Source: Bacteroidales bacterium (GTDB lineage Bacteria; Bacteroidota; Bacteroidia; Bacteroidales; WCHB1-69). From it: 44,730 bases of DNA. The position numbers and the translations under genes are program-made. Below are positions 31,355 to 41,252 of the stretch, piece after piece. Each line of letters begins with the position of its first letter. Position 1 is the first letter of the stretch. The stretch is from assembly GCA_012522535.1 (NCBI GenBank), contig JAAYKF010000097.1, positions 1-44,730 of the forward strand, given 5' to 3'. The notes beneath the pieces were generated by a model, which was not told the origin of the DNA, did not search any database, and saw nothing but the letters and a program-made list of their open reading frames with translations.

Positions 31355-31614
31355 AATCGAAAAATATGTGCAAAGTTACACTTATATTTTATATGATGAC
31401 AAAAACCGTAGTTTGAGATGCTTATATGTAAATAAAATTCTAAATAAAACAGTCTATCATCTTGATATTTAATGAGTTGGGTGTTTTTAACATTTATTGA
31501 TAAAAGTACCCGTAATGTATTGAATCTGTCAAAACTTCCTCTGTGCCTTAGTGCCTCCTTTGTGCCTTTGTGGCTCCATCAGTGGTGATTCAGCAGACCA
31601 CTATGCTTGGTATA

Positions 31615-31690
31615 AAACCTGCAAGACCTTACCCGATCTTGTAAGTTTAAAGCTAAAGTATTGGGGGTCAGAAATGCTGAGTAAGAATTT
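31615..31690 (+). repeat. REP-like family 1, copy 3
   Basis: AAACCTGCAAGACCTTACCCGATCTTGTAAGTTTAAAGCTAAAGTATTGGGGGTCAGAAATGCTGA aligns with 408-476. Confidence 0.8.
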
Positions 31691-31696
31691 TACCCC

Positions 31697-33115
31697 CTAT
31701 TTAGGTTTAACCAAAATCTTGGGTTCCATCATTTCCATAATGGCATACTTCACACCCTCGCGACCCAAACCTGAGTCTTTTATCCCGCCATAGGGCATAT
31801 GGTCAGCACGGTATGAGGGAACGTCATTGATAATTACACCCCCACATTGAAGTTGGTCAAATGCCAAATTCATCTCATCAATCAAATTGGTGAAAACCCC
31901 TGCCTGAAGTCCATATTTCGAGTTGTTTACTTCATCTATGGCATCAGCAAAATTCTCAAACTTTTCCACAACAATCACAGGTCCAAAAACCTCTTCACTG
32001 TTAACTTTCATGCTGCTATTTGTACCCGAAAGTATTGTAGGTTCAACAAAATTGCCCTCTCTTTTTCCACCCAAATGTAGTATTGCACCCATTGCCAAAG
32101 CCTCATTAATCCAGTTCTCGACCCTTATGGCATTTTGTTCGTCAATCATGGAACTCATATCAGTTTCTATCTCCAAAGGATTTCCTGTTTTCCACAATTT
32201 TGTCTCTTCAATAAGTCTATCTAAAAATTCATTATAAACAGATGTATGAACAAAAAACCTTTGGGCATGAATGCAAACTTGTCCAGAATAGGCAAAGGCA
32301 CCCACCACAGACTTTTTAATTGCTAAGTCTAAATTTGCGGTGCTACCTATGATACAGGCGGCATTTCCGCCCAACTCTAAAACAACTTTTTTCTTGCTTG
32401 CTCGTTTTTTCATTTCCCAGCCAACGGCAGGAGAGCCTGTAAAGGATAGTAGTTTTATTCTGTCGTCTGTAACCAAAACATTTCCCACTTCTCTGTTGCA
32501 GGGGAGTACGGATAGAGCCCCTTTTGGCAAAGCTGTATTGTCGATAATTTTCGCCAATTCTAATGTAGAAAGAGGGGTGCTCGAAGCAGGCTTCAGAACG
32601 ATAGGGCAACGTGCCGCAATGGCAGAAGCTATTTTATGCGTAGCCAAATTTATGGGAAAATTGAATGGAGAAATTCCAGCAACAACTCCCACTGGAAAAT
32701 ATTTCACCCACGCCTCTTTGCCTTCGCCGGCGGCTGTCCAGTCCAACGACAGATGTTCGCCCAGAAGACGCAAGGCTTCTTGTGCTGCCACCCGAAATGT
32801 TTGTGCCGCTCGGTCTATCTCCGAAATGGCGTACTTCAAAGGCTTACAAGCCTCCAAGGCTAATACTTCGCCCAATGCCCGACGATGTTTTGTGAGCTCA
32901 TTGGCTATATCCAATAAAATAGTCTCGATTTTATGACTGGGTAAATTCCACAGCAAATTAGCCGAATCTTGGGCTTTTCGAATTGCCTCTTCAATATGTT
33001 GATTGTCAGCAAGGTACGTGTATGCAAAATCACTATTGTCGTATGGATTTGTTACAACAAGTCTTTTGTCCGACTTCTGAAACTCGCCACCACAATAAAA
33101 AAGATACTCTTTCAT
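31697..33115 (-). CDS. NAD(P)-dependent aldehyde dehydrogenase
   Basis: PFNFP, KPAS.TP, FTGS, catalytic LELGGN and GQVC, EEVFGP, PYGG.K.SG.GREG. Confidence 0.93.
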   Translation of the reverse strand: MKEYLFYCGGEFQKSDKRLVVTNPYDNSDFAYTYLADNQHIEEAIRKAQDSANLLWNLPSHKIETILLDIANELTKHRRALGEVLALEACKPLKYAISEIDRAAQTFRVAAQEALRLLGEHLSLDWTAAGEGKEAWVKYFPVGVVAGISPFNFPINLATHKIASAIAARCPIVLKPASSTPLSTLELAKIIDNTALPKGALSVLPCNREVGNVLVTDDRIKLLSFTGSPAVGWEMKKRASKKKVVLELGGNAACIIGSTANLDLAIKKSVVGAFAYSGQVCIHAQRFFVHTSVYNEFLDRLIEETKLWKTGNPLEIETDMSSMIDEQNAIRVENWINEALAMGAILHLGGKREGNFVEPTILSGTNSSMKVNSEEVFGPVIVVEKFENFADAIDEVNNSKYGLQAGVFTNLIDEMNLAFDQLQCGGVIINDVPSYRADHMPYGGIKDSGLGREGVKYAIMEMMEPKILVKPK

Positions 33116-33124
33116 AAACTTATT

Positions 33125-34645
33125 TTAGTGTTTAAAATGGCGTTTACCGCTGTGTATCATGGCTATATTTCGCTCGTTGCAGGCATCAGTGGAGTCTTGG
33201 TCTTTTATGGACCCACCGGGTTGAATAATGGCCGAAATACCCACTTTGCCGCCTATTTCAATGCAATCGGGAAATGGGAAAAAAGCATCCGATGCCATAA
33301 CGGCATTTTGCAAATCGAAACCAAAACGTTGTGCCTTTGCAATGGCTTGTTCCAAGGCATCAACACGCGATGTTTGACCCATTCCGCTTGCCAACATCAT
33401 AGAATCTTTTACCAAAACAATAGCATTAGATTTTGTATGTTTCACAACTTTATTAGCAAACAATAAATCTTTCATCTCTTGCTCGGTAGGTTTTCTATCG
33501 GTAACGCAAATCATTTCATAATCCTCGTCATAAACCACATCTTTGTCTTGAATTAGAAATCCATTTAAAGTGGAGCGGATTTGAATATCGGTAGTTTTGT
33601 TGTGCTTCTGACGAAGTATAATTCTATTTTTCTTCTTAGTTAAAATCTCCAAAGCTTTAAGCTCAAAATCTGGAGCTATCAATATTTCAAAAAACAGGCT
33701 GTCCATTTTTTCTGCCAAGGCTGCGTCAACCTCTCTGTTTACGCCAATTATGCCCCCAAAGGCAGAAATTGGGTCGGCAGAAAGAGCCAAATCCCAACAT
33801 TCAGAAAGGTCTTCTCTGGAAGCAAAACCACATGCGTTATTGTGCTTTATAATGGCAATTGCAGGCTGATTAAAATCGTTCAAAAGATTTACAGTTGCAT
33901 CTATATCCAATAAATTATTGTATGAAACCTCTTTGCCATTCAGCTTTTCAAACATATCATCAAAATTGCCATAAAATTGAGCTTTTTGATGTGGATTTTC
34001 GCCATATCTGAGTTGCATTTTACTTGTTTGCGACAGTCGCAATTCGGGTAAATTCAAGCTTTCGTTAAAGTGATTGAAAATAACTGAGTCGTAGTGCGAT
34101 GAAACCGCAAAAGCTCTTGTGGCAAAATATTTTCTATCTTCAATATTGCTCAAGCCTTTTTTGTCTTGCAAAAGCTCAATCAAATCCTTGTAATATTCCG
34201 ATGAAGCAACGCATATAACATCGTTGAAATTTTTTGCGGCAGCACGAATTAACGAAATTCCACCAATATCTATTTTTTCAATTATCTCCTCTTCGTTTTT
34301 GGTGCTACGTATGGTCTCTTCAAAGGGATAAAGGTCAACAATAACCAAATCAATGTGAGGAATCTGAAAATCTACAACCTGTTTTATATCTTCGTTACTC
34401 TGACGGCGATATAAAATTCCTCCAAAAACTTTTGGATGCAAAGTTTTTACTCTGCCACCTAAAATAGAAGGATATCCAGTTAAAGACTCAATGGTTTTAG
34501 CTTCAATATTTAGCGATTTTATGTAATCGTATGTTCCACCTGTGGAATAAATTTCAATTCCTAATTGGTTCAACTCATTAACAATCTCGGCTATGCCTTC
34601 TTTGTTATAAACAGAAATAAGTGCACTTTTAATTCGTTTTGACAT
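33125..34645 (-). CDS. purH: Bifunctional AICAR transformylase/IMP cyclohydrolase
   Basis: STGGT, GGRVKTLHP, IDIGG, LRYGENPHQ, KHNNACG, SDAFFPF, QPGGS, RHFKH. Confidence 0.97.
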   Translation of the reverse strand: MSKRIKSALISVYNKEGIAEIVNELNQLGIEIYSTGGTYDYIKSLNIEAKTIESLTGYPSILGGRVKTLHPKVFGGILYRRQSNEDIKQVVDFQIPHIDLVIVDLYPFEETIRSTKNEEEIIEKIDIGGISLIRAAAKNFNDVICVASSEYYKDLIELLQDKKGLSNIEDRKYFATRAFAVSSHYDSVIFNHFNESLNLPELRLSQTSKMQLRYGENPHQKAQFYGNFDDMFEKLNGKEVSYNNLLDIDATVNLLNDFNQPAIAIIKHNNACGFASREDLSECWDLALSADPISAFGGIIGVNREVDAALAEKMDSLFFEILIAPDFELKALEILTKKKNRIILRQKHNKTTDIQIRSTLNGFLIQDKDVVYDEDYEMICVTDRKPTEQEMKDLLFANKVVKHTKSNAIVLVKDSMMLASGMGQTSRVDALEQAIAKAQRFGFDLQNAVMASDAFFPFPDCIEIGGKVGISAIIQPGGSIKDQDSTDACNERNIAMIHSGKRHFKH

Positions 34646-34873
34646 CTTCTATATATTTAATTTTTTTGCAAAGATAATTCATTTCAATATTATATTTAAA
34701 ATTAAGAAAAAAAGATGAAAGAATTGGCGAATATGACAAAATGGCACAATAAAAAAAGCTTTTGTCATTAATACTTGTTTTTTTTGACAAAAATGTCAGA
34801 TAAAACAAAGTGGCATAATATTGGTTAGTAAAAGCAAACGAAATAAATTTAATCATAAATAAAACAAGAAATT

Positions 34874-35170
34874 ATGTCAAAACAAGAAATTATGTCAGAA
34901 TTAAGAATTAAGCCTTTGGCAGACAGAGTTGTTATTGAGCCAGCTCCAGCTGAGCAAAAGACCGCAGGTGGTATTATCATACCCGATACAGCTAAAGAAA
35001 AACCGCAACAGGGAACAGTATTAGCCGTTGGACCAGGGAAAAAAGATGAACCCATAACTCTAAAAGTGGGAGATGTTGTTTTGTATGGTAAATATTCAGG
35101 AACAGAGATGAATATAGACGGAAAAGACTTGCTAATTATGCGAGAATCAGATGTTTATGCAGTTATTTAA
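34874..35170 (+). CDS. groES: Co-chaperonin GroES (alternative start at 34892)
   Basis: [39 protein letters not shown]. Confidence 0.97.
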   Translation: MSKQEIMSELRIKPLADRVVIEPAPAEQKTAGGIIIPDTAKEKPQQGTVLAVGPGKKDEPITLKVGDVVLYGKYSGTEMNIDGKDLLIMRESDVYAVI

Positions 35171-35200
35171 TTATAAACGAAAATATAAAAGATTAAAATT

Positions 35201-36835
35201 ATGGCAAAAGAAATATTATACGACTGGGACGCAAGAGAGAAACTGAAAAAAGGTGTTGATGCATTGTCAAATGCAGTGAAAGTAACCATAGGACCAAAAG
35301 GTAGAAATGTAATTATCGACAGAAAATATGGTTCGCCACAAGTTACAAAAGATGGTGTTTCGGTGGCTCGCGAAGTGGAGTTAGAAGATAATGTGGAAAA
35401 TATGGGAGCCCAAATGGTAAAAGAGGTTGCCTCCAAAACCAACGATCAGGCTGGAGACGGAACTACAACCGCTACCATTATGGCACAAGTATTATATAGC
35501 ACTGGACTTAAGCACGTTACAGCAGGTGCAAACCCAATGGATATTAAAAGAGGAATTGACAAAGCTGTTGCAAAAGTTGTAGAAGACCTTAAAAAACGTT
35601 CGCAAATTGTTGGAGACGACAATAAAAAAATTGAACAAGTGGCAACAATTTCAGCCAATAATGACAATTATATTGGAAAGATGATTGCTGAAGCCATGAG
35701 TAAAGTGAAAAAAGAGGGTGTTATAACCATCGAAGAGGCTAAAGGAATTGATACAAGCGTTAAAGTGGTTGAAGGTATGCAGTTCGACCGTGGATTTATT
35801 TCTCCATACTTTGTTACAGATTCAGAGAAAATGGAAGCTGTTTACGAAAATCCATACATCTTGCTTTATGATAAAAAAATAAGCAATATGAAGGAGTTCC
35901 TTCCAATTTTAGAAAAATCAGCACAAACAGGTCGTCCGCTATTGGTGATTTGTGAAGACCTTGATAGCGAAGCATTGGCAACTTTGGTTGTTAACCGTCT
36001 TCGTGGTTCCTTGAAAATAGTAGCAGTTAAAGCTCCCGGATTTGGCGATCGTCGCAAAGAGATATTAGAGGATATAGCTATCCTTACCGGCGGAACTGTT
36101 ATTAGCGAAGAAAAAGGATATAAACTTGAAGATGCAGAATTGGAGTATCTTGGACAAGCCGAAAAAATTACCGTTGACAAAGAAAATACAACCATCGTTA
36201 GCGGAAAAGGCGAAAAAGAAGCCATTGCATCTCGCGTAAACATGATTAAAGCTCAAATAGAGCAAACAACATCAGATTACGACCGTGAAAAATTACAAGA
36301 GCGTCTTGCAAAATTAGCTGGCGGAGTTGCAGTTATATACGTTGGAGCAGCTTCAGAAGTTGAAATGAAAGAGAAAAAAGACCGTTTCGACGATGCTCTA
36401 AGTGCCACACGTGCTGCCATCGAAGAGGGAATTGTTCCCGGTGGTGGAGTGTCGTACATCAGAGCAATAAGTGCTTTAGATGAACTAAAAGCAGAAAACG
36501 AAGATGAAAAAATGGGCTTCGATATTGTACGTCGTTCGTTGGAAGAGCCACTACGTCAAATTGTTGAAAACGCAGGATTAGAAGGTTCTGTTGTTGTTAA
36601 CAAAGTGAAAGAAGGAAAAGACGATTTTGGATTCAACGCTCGCACCGAAGTTTATGAAGGACTTCTGGAAGCTGGTGTTATAGACCCAACAAAAGTTGCT
36701 CGCGTTGCCATTGAAAATGCTGCATCTGTAGCCGGAATGTTGCTAACCACAGAATGTGTTCTTTCGGAACTCCCAGAGCCAGCAATGCCAAACCCCGGAA
36801 TGGGCGGCATGGGTGGCATGGGCGGAATGATGTAA
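35201..36835 (+). CDS. groEL: Chaperonin GroEL
   Basis: [36 protein letters not shown] tail. Confidence 0.99.
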   Translation: MAKEILYDWDAREKLKKGVDALSNAVKVTIGPKGRNVIIDRKYGSPQVTKDGVSVAREVELEDNVENMGAQMVKEVASKTNDQAGDGTTTATIMAQVLYSTGLKHVTAGANPMDIKRGIDKAVAKVVEDLKKRSQIVGDDNKKIEQVATISANNDNYIGKMIAEAMSKVKKEGVITIEEAKGIDTSVKVVEGMQFDRGFISPYFVTDSEKMEAVYENPYILLYDKKISNMKEFLPILEKSAQTGRPLLVICEDLDSEALATLVVNRLRGSLKIVAVKAPGFGDRRKEILEDIAILTGGTVISEEKGYKLEDAELEYLGQAEKITVDKENTTIVSGKGEKEAIASRVNMIKAQIEQTTSDYDREKLQERLAKLAGGVAVIYVGAASEVEMKEKKDRFDDALSATRAAIEEGIVPGGGVSYIRAISALDELKAENEDEKMGFDIVRRSLEEPLRQIVENAGLEGSVVVNKVKEGKDDFGFNARTEVYEGLLEAGVIDPTKVARVAIENAASVAGMLLTTECVLSELPEPAMPNPGMGGMGGMGGMM

Positions 36836-36880
36836 GAAAACAGATTTTTAGAAAAATTGGCAAAGCCCAATAATTAACCT

Positions 36881-36922
36881 AAGCCTTCAAGATATTAAAA
36901 CTTGAAGGCTTAATTTTTTTTC
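36881..36922 (+). terminator. Intrinsic terminator of groESL
   Basis: 11-bp stem AAGCCTTCAAG / CTTGAAGGCTT followed by a T-run. Confidence 0.8.
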
Positions 36923-36964
36923 GCATTTTTTTATGATGATAGTTGGGGTAAAACTAAAGAATAG

Positions 36965-37138
36965 TACCGATTGGAAAAATATAATAATAGCTTATTATTT
37001 TTCGCTTCATAATCGTCCTGCAAGGTTTCAAAAACCTCGTAGGACTAAAAGAAGGAGGCTGAAAATTACTTTTAGCAGTTTTAACCCTACAAGTTCGGGA
37101 AGACCTTGAGGATATATTAGATTATTATAATTGGAATA
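36965..37138 (-). mobile_element. Degenerate second copy of the riboswitch MITE, carrying two family 1 hairpins
   Basis: TACCGATTGGAAAAATATA and TTTCGCTTCAT are reverse complements of 679-697 and 658-668. The far end TTATTATAATTGGAATA resembles the reverse of 571-590. Hairpins at 37017-37043 and 37086-37111. Confidence 0.55.
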
Positions 37139-37210
37139 AAAAACGAGTTTTTTCTGTTCCTAAAGCCCTATACTTTCCTATATTTATAAGAGAGTTTATC
37201 AAGTATAACA

Positions 37211-37264
37211 CAATTTGTCATGCTGAGTAGTGAACGCAGTAAACGAGCATCGATAGACAAATTG
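37211..37264 (+). repeat. Dispersed hairpin repeat family 2, copy C
   Basis: CAATTTGTCATGCTGAGTAGT...CGAGCATCGATAGACAAATTG. Confidence 0.8.
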
Positions 37265-37284
37265 TTTTATAAAACCACCTCTAT

Positions 37285-38970
37285 TTACTCCACAAATTGT
37301 TTTGCGTAATATTTTGCTGTTAGTTTTTCGCCAGTGGCTTTTTTAATCATTTCGTTCCACTCTAATTTTGCTCCCAAGGAGAAAACTTTTTCGCGGAAGT
37401 AGGAGCCAATTTCAGCTTTATCGGAAATGCTCATCTTGTTTACATCTTTTTCATTCAAAATATTTTCGGCAATGTAGTATGTAAATTGTGATGCCAACAG
37501 CTCTCCCAAATGGTAGTTGTGATAGTAGCATGGGACAGTGGCAACGTGAATTTTGGTAGCCCAGTCGGGTTCGTTTCTGCCTTCGGGCTTTTTAATCATC
37601 TGATATTTTTCAACCAAATTCCACCAAAGAGCATTCAAATCCTGATCTGGATTTTCGTACATGGCTTTCTCAAAGCGATACATAACTTGCGACCAGCGAC
37701 TAAACACAATCTGCTGTAGTTGCAACTGCTTGAATCCAGTCTCTTCAATTCTTTGGGCCTCTTCGTTGCTAATTCCCAAATTGTCTTCCATCCATTGTGC
37801 GTTGGTGGCATATCTGCCAAAGAACATTGCTATGGCTTCGGTGGTGAAAATATGTGCCGGACTTCTCAGCGAATAGGGTAGTTTGCTGTCGATATATTTG
37901 TCATAAACAGCGTGTCCAAGCTCATGTAGCATTGTGTTCATCCACATCTCTGTGGGACGCACATTGCACAATATTCTAATGTCGCCCTCTTTGTCGATGT
38001 GAATACAATAGGCATGCTGATTTTTCCCGGGCTTCTCGTATAAATCACTATTCTCCAATATGTCATCAACAAGTAAACCAATATCTTCAAAGAAAATTCT
38101 GCTAATCTCCACAATGTCAACATCTGCATAAAACTGATCAAAATCTACTTCATAAATTTTTGGTGCCTCTTGGAAATATCTATTTTGATAGTGCCAAGGC
38201 ATCAAATATTGGGTCTCTAATTGGTATCTTTCAGCAAAATAGCCATCCATATTATCTTTAAGTTTCACAAAAGTCTCCTTTGTAAGTTCGTCAAGTTCGT
38301 CAAAAAGCTTGTCAATATCTTCGGGTTTTTGCTCCGAAAGTAAAAGACTCATATTGTGATAGTTTTTAAATCCCAAACTTTGAGCCAGCTCATTTCTTTT
38401 TTTAACCAAACCAATAATGTCATCAGCCACAATTGGTCCAATAGATTTATGTCCAAGCCAAACTTCTTCCAATTCTTGCGAATTTGTTGAGGTTCTCAAT
38501 ATCGACTCTATGTCATTGTCAGTCAGTTCTTTACCGTTATATGTGGTTCTGAAGTTTGTAAACTTCTGTTCTATATTGTTTTGAATTTCGTTAATCTCCA
38601 TAATCAGAGCAGAATCGCCTTGATATTGCAAATATTCATTATAAAGAACATTGAGTTGACGTAGTAGAATCTCATCTTTTATGGCCTTAGAGTCTTTAAT
38701 TTCCTTAAGCACGGCAAAATTATTGGGGTTCGAGTAGATTATTGTGAGCTGATTTTGCAGTTCTAAAATTTTCATAAAATCTTCCTCTTTACCGCTTATA
38801 GACGATTCCCAATAGGCCAAACCAATTTCCTTGTTCAATGGTGCCACAAGGGAGTCGTGCCTTTCGATAAAACTTATAAGTTTCTCTTTCATCTCTTCAG
38901 AATTTTTGTTACTACAAGCCGCTATGAAAAATAGGCTTATTAGACTTAAAATTTGTATTTTCGATTTCAT
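37285..38970 (-). CDS. Lipoprotein zinc metallopeptidase, M2/M3 (gluzincin) type
   Basis: Lipobox FIAAC from Met at 38970; HELGH with downstream TEA; KIH...P.YYHNY. Confidence 0.85.
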   Translation of the reverse strand: MKSKIQILSLISLFFIAACSNKNSEEMKEKLISFIERHDSLVAPLNKEIGLAYWESSISGKEEDFMKILELQNQLTIIYSNPNNFAVLKEIKDSKAIKDEILLRQLNVLYNEYLQYQGDSALIMEINEIQNNIEQKFTNFRTTYNGKELTDNDIESILRTSTNSQELEEVWLGHKSIGPIVADDIIGLVKKRNELAQSLGFKNYHNMSLLLSEQKPEDIDKLFDELDELTKETFVKLKDNMDGYFAERYQLETQYLMPWHYQNRYFQEAPKIYEVDFDQFYADVDIVEISRIFFEDIGLLVDDILENSDLYEKPGKNQHAYCIHIDKEGDIRILCNVRPTEMWMNTMLHELGHAVYDKYIDSKLPYSLRSPAHIFTTEAIAMFFGRYATNAQWMEDNLGISNEEAQRIEETGFKQLQLQQIVFSRWSQVMYRFEKAMYENPDQDLNALWWNLVEKYQMIKKPEGRNEPDWATKIHVATVPCYYHNYHLGELLASQFTYYIAENILNEKDVNKMSISDKAEIGSYFREKVFSLGAKLEWNEMIKKATGEKLTAKYYAKQFVE

Positions 38971-39095
38971 AATCATTGATTTACATTTATTTAGCAAATA
39001 TATACAAAAACAAATTATACTTGATTATTTTAGAGTTTTTTATAGAATAAAATTTTTGTATTTTTGCAATCTTATTAAAATTTAATACCTATAAA

Positions 39096-41153
39096 ATGGC
39101 TTATTCTGAGAAAAAACAACGCTATACAATTACATCTGCACTGCCTTATGCCAACGGACCCATACATATTGGGCATTTGGCTGGTGTTTATATTCCTGCC
39201 GATATTTATGCTCGATATTTGAGGTTGATAGGCGAAGAGGTCCTCTTTATTGGTGGATCTGACGAGCATGGTGTTCCAATTACCATCAAAGCTCGTAACG
39301 AAAATAAAACACCCCAGCAGGTGGTTGACCATTTTCACAATATAATTGAAAAATCTTTCGCAGAGTTGGGAATATCATTTGATGTATATTCGCGTACTTC
39401 AGCCCCTATGCATCACGAAACTGCTTCTGATTTTTTTAAAAAATTGTATGAGAAAGGTGAGTTTGTCGAAAAGAGTAGCCATCAACTTTATGATGCCGAA
39501 GCTAAGCAGTTTTTGGCAGATAGATATGTAAGTGGAACTTGTCCGCATTGTAGTAGCGACAAGGCATATGGCGATCAGTGCGAAGCCTGCGGAACAAGCT
39601 TAAACGCCACCGATTTGATAAATCCAAAATCAACTTTTAGTGGCAGTGTGCCAATAACAAAAGAGACAAAACATTGGTTTTTACCCTTGGATAAATATGA
39701 GCCATGGCTTAGAAAATGGATTTTAGAAGAGCATAAAGCAGACTGGAAACCAAATGTTTATGGACAGTGCAAATCGTGGATAGACCAAGGTTTGCAGCCC
39801 AGAGCCGTAACACGTGATTTGGATTGGGGTGTAAAAGTGCCGGTGGAGGGTGCCGAAGGAAAAGTCCTATATGTGTGGTTTGATGCCCCCATCGGGTATA
39901 TTTCGGCCACAAAAGAGTGGGCAAAAGAGAATGATAAAGATTGGGAAATTTGGTGGAAAGATAACGAGTCGAAATTGGTGCATTTTATTGGAAAAGATAA
40001 TATTGTTTTCCACTGCATAATTTTCCCCTCTATGCTCAAAGCGGAAGGTAGCTACATTTTACCCGAAAATGTTCCAGCCAATGAATTTTTAAACCTCGAA
40101 GGTGATAAAATTTCCACATCAAGAAATTGGGCTGTTTGGCTTCATGAATATTTGAAAGAGTTTGAAAATCAGCAAGATGTACTTCGTTATACACTTTGTA
40201 GCAATGCCCCAGAAACCAAAGATAATGACTTCACATGGAAAGATTTTCAAGCTAAGAACAATAGCGAGCTTTTGGCAATTTTTGGCAATTTTGTCAATAG
40301 AACTCTTGTTCTAACTCACAAATATTTTGAGGGTAAAGTGCCTGCATTAAATAGCTTGGAAGATGTTGACAATGAGCTGATTAATGAAATGAAAACTTTC
40401 CCCGAAAAGATAGGTCGTAGTATTGAGAAATACCATTTCCGCGAAGCTGTTAGCGAACTGATGAATTTGGCACGTTTGGGAAACAAATATTTAACCGAAA
40501 CTGAACCATGGAAAGTTTTCAAAAATGAGCCACAACGTGTGGAAACCATTTTAAATCTATCGCTTCAAGTTTGTGCTAATTTGGCAATCTTGGCTGAACC
40601 ATTTCTACCATTTACCTCAATAAAAATGTTGAATTTACTCAACTTAAGTCCTGTGAAATGGCAAGAATCTGGCGGAATAGATTTATTGAAAGAGGGAGCA
40701 TCAATTAATGAAGCACAGCTTTTGTTTGAGAAAATTGAAGATGAAAAAATAGAACAACAATTGCAAAAACTACAAGATACCAAGGCAGACAATTTAGCAT
40801 CGGAACAGATTGCAGAGCCACAAAAAGAGAATGTCAATTTTGACGATTTTGTGAAAATGGACTTAAGAGTTGTTACAATTTTGGAAGCAGAAAAAGTTCC
40901 AAAAACCAAAAAACTTCTTAAACTTTTGGTTGACACTGGCATCGACAAAAGGACTGTGGTTTCGGGGATTGCCGAGCACTATAAACCTGAAGAAATAATT
41001 GGTAAACAGGTTTCTATGATTGTAAATTTGGCTCCTCGCAAAATTAGAGACATAGAATCGCAAGGCATGATTTTGATGGCAGAAGATGCAAATGGCACCC
41101 TGTGTTTCGTGTCGCCAGACAAGGAGGTAAAATCAGGTTCTGGTATTAATTAG
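39096..41153 (+). CDS. metG: Methionyl-tRNA synthetase with C-terminal tRNA-binding domain
   Basis: [13 protein letters not shown], Zn knuckles CPHC/CEAC, YVWFDAP, KISTS, C-terminal OB fold. Confidence 0.98.
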   Translation: MAYSEKKQRYTITSALPYANGPIHIGHLAGVYIPADIYARYLRLIGEEVLFIGGSDEHGVPITIKARNENKTPQQVVDHFHNIIEKSFAELGISFDVYSRTSAPMHHETASDFFKKLYEKGEFVEKSSHQLYDAEAKQFLADRYVSGTCPHCSSDKAYGDQCEACGTSLNATDLINPKSTFSGSVPITKETKHWFLPLDKYEPWLRKWILEEHKADWKPNVYGQCKSWIDQGLQPRAVTRDLDWGVKVPVEGAEGKVLYVWFDAPIGYISATKEWAKENDKDWEIWWKDNESKLVHFIGKDNIVFHCIIFPSMLKAEGSYILPENVPANEFLNLEGDKISTSRNWAVWLHEYLKEFENQQDVLRYTLCSNAPETKDNDFTWKDFQAKNNSELLAIFGNFVNRTLVLTHKYFEGKVPALNSLEDVDNELINEMKTFPEKIGRSIEKYHFREAVSELMNLARLGNKYLTETEPWKVFKNEPQRVETILNLSLQVCANLAILAEPFLPFTSIKMLNLLNLSPVKWQESGGIDLLKEGASINEAQLLFEKIEDEKIEQQLQKLQDTKADNLASEQIAEPQKENVNFDDFVKMDLRVVTILEAEKVPKTKKLLKLLVDTGIDKRTVVSGIAEHYKPEEIIGKQVSMIVNLAPRKIRDIESQGMILMAEDANGTLCFVSPDKEVKSGSGIN

Positions 41154-41252
41154 ATTTTTTGCAATGATGAGCAATTTTAAAAACCATTAATTTTGGTTTG
41201 AAAAATTATTTATCTTTGCATTTTATACAATATTCATAATACAGATTAAATT

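Noticed and set aside
32340-33466. Long antisense ORFs (198 aa, 165 aa) opposite ALDH/purH, and similar ones elsewhere
   Set aside because: Typical antisense shadows of well-conserved genes, with no motifs.
36798-36832. ATGGGCGGC tandem repeat
   Set aside because: Encodes the ordinary GroEL Gly-Gly-Met tail.
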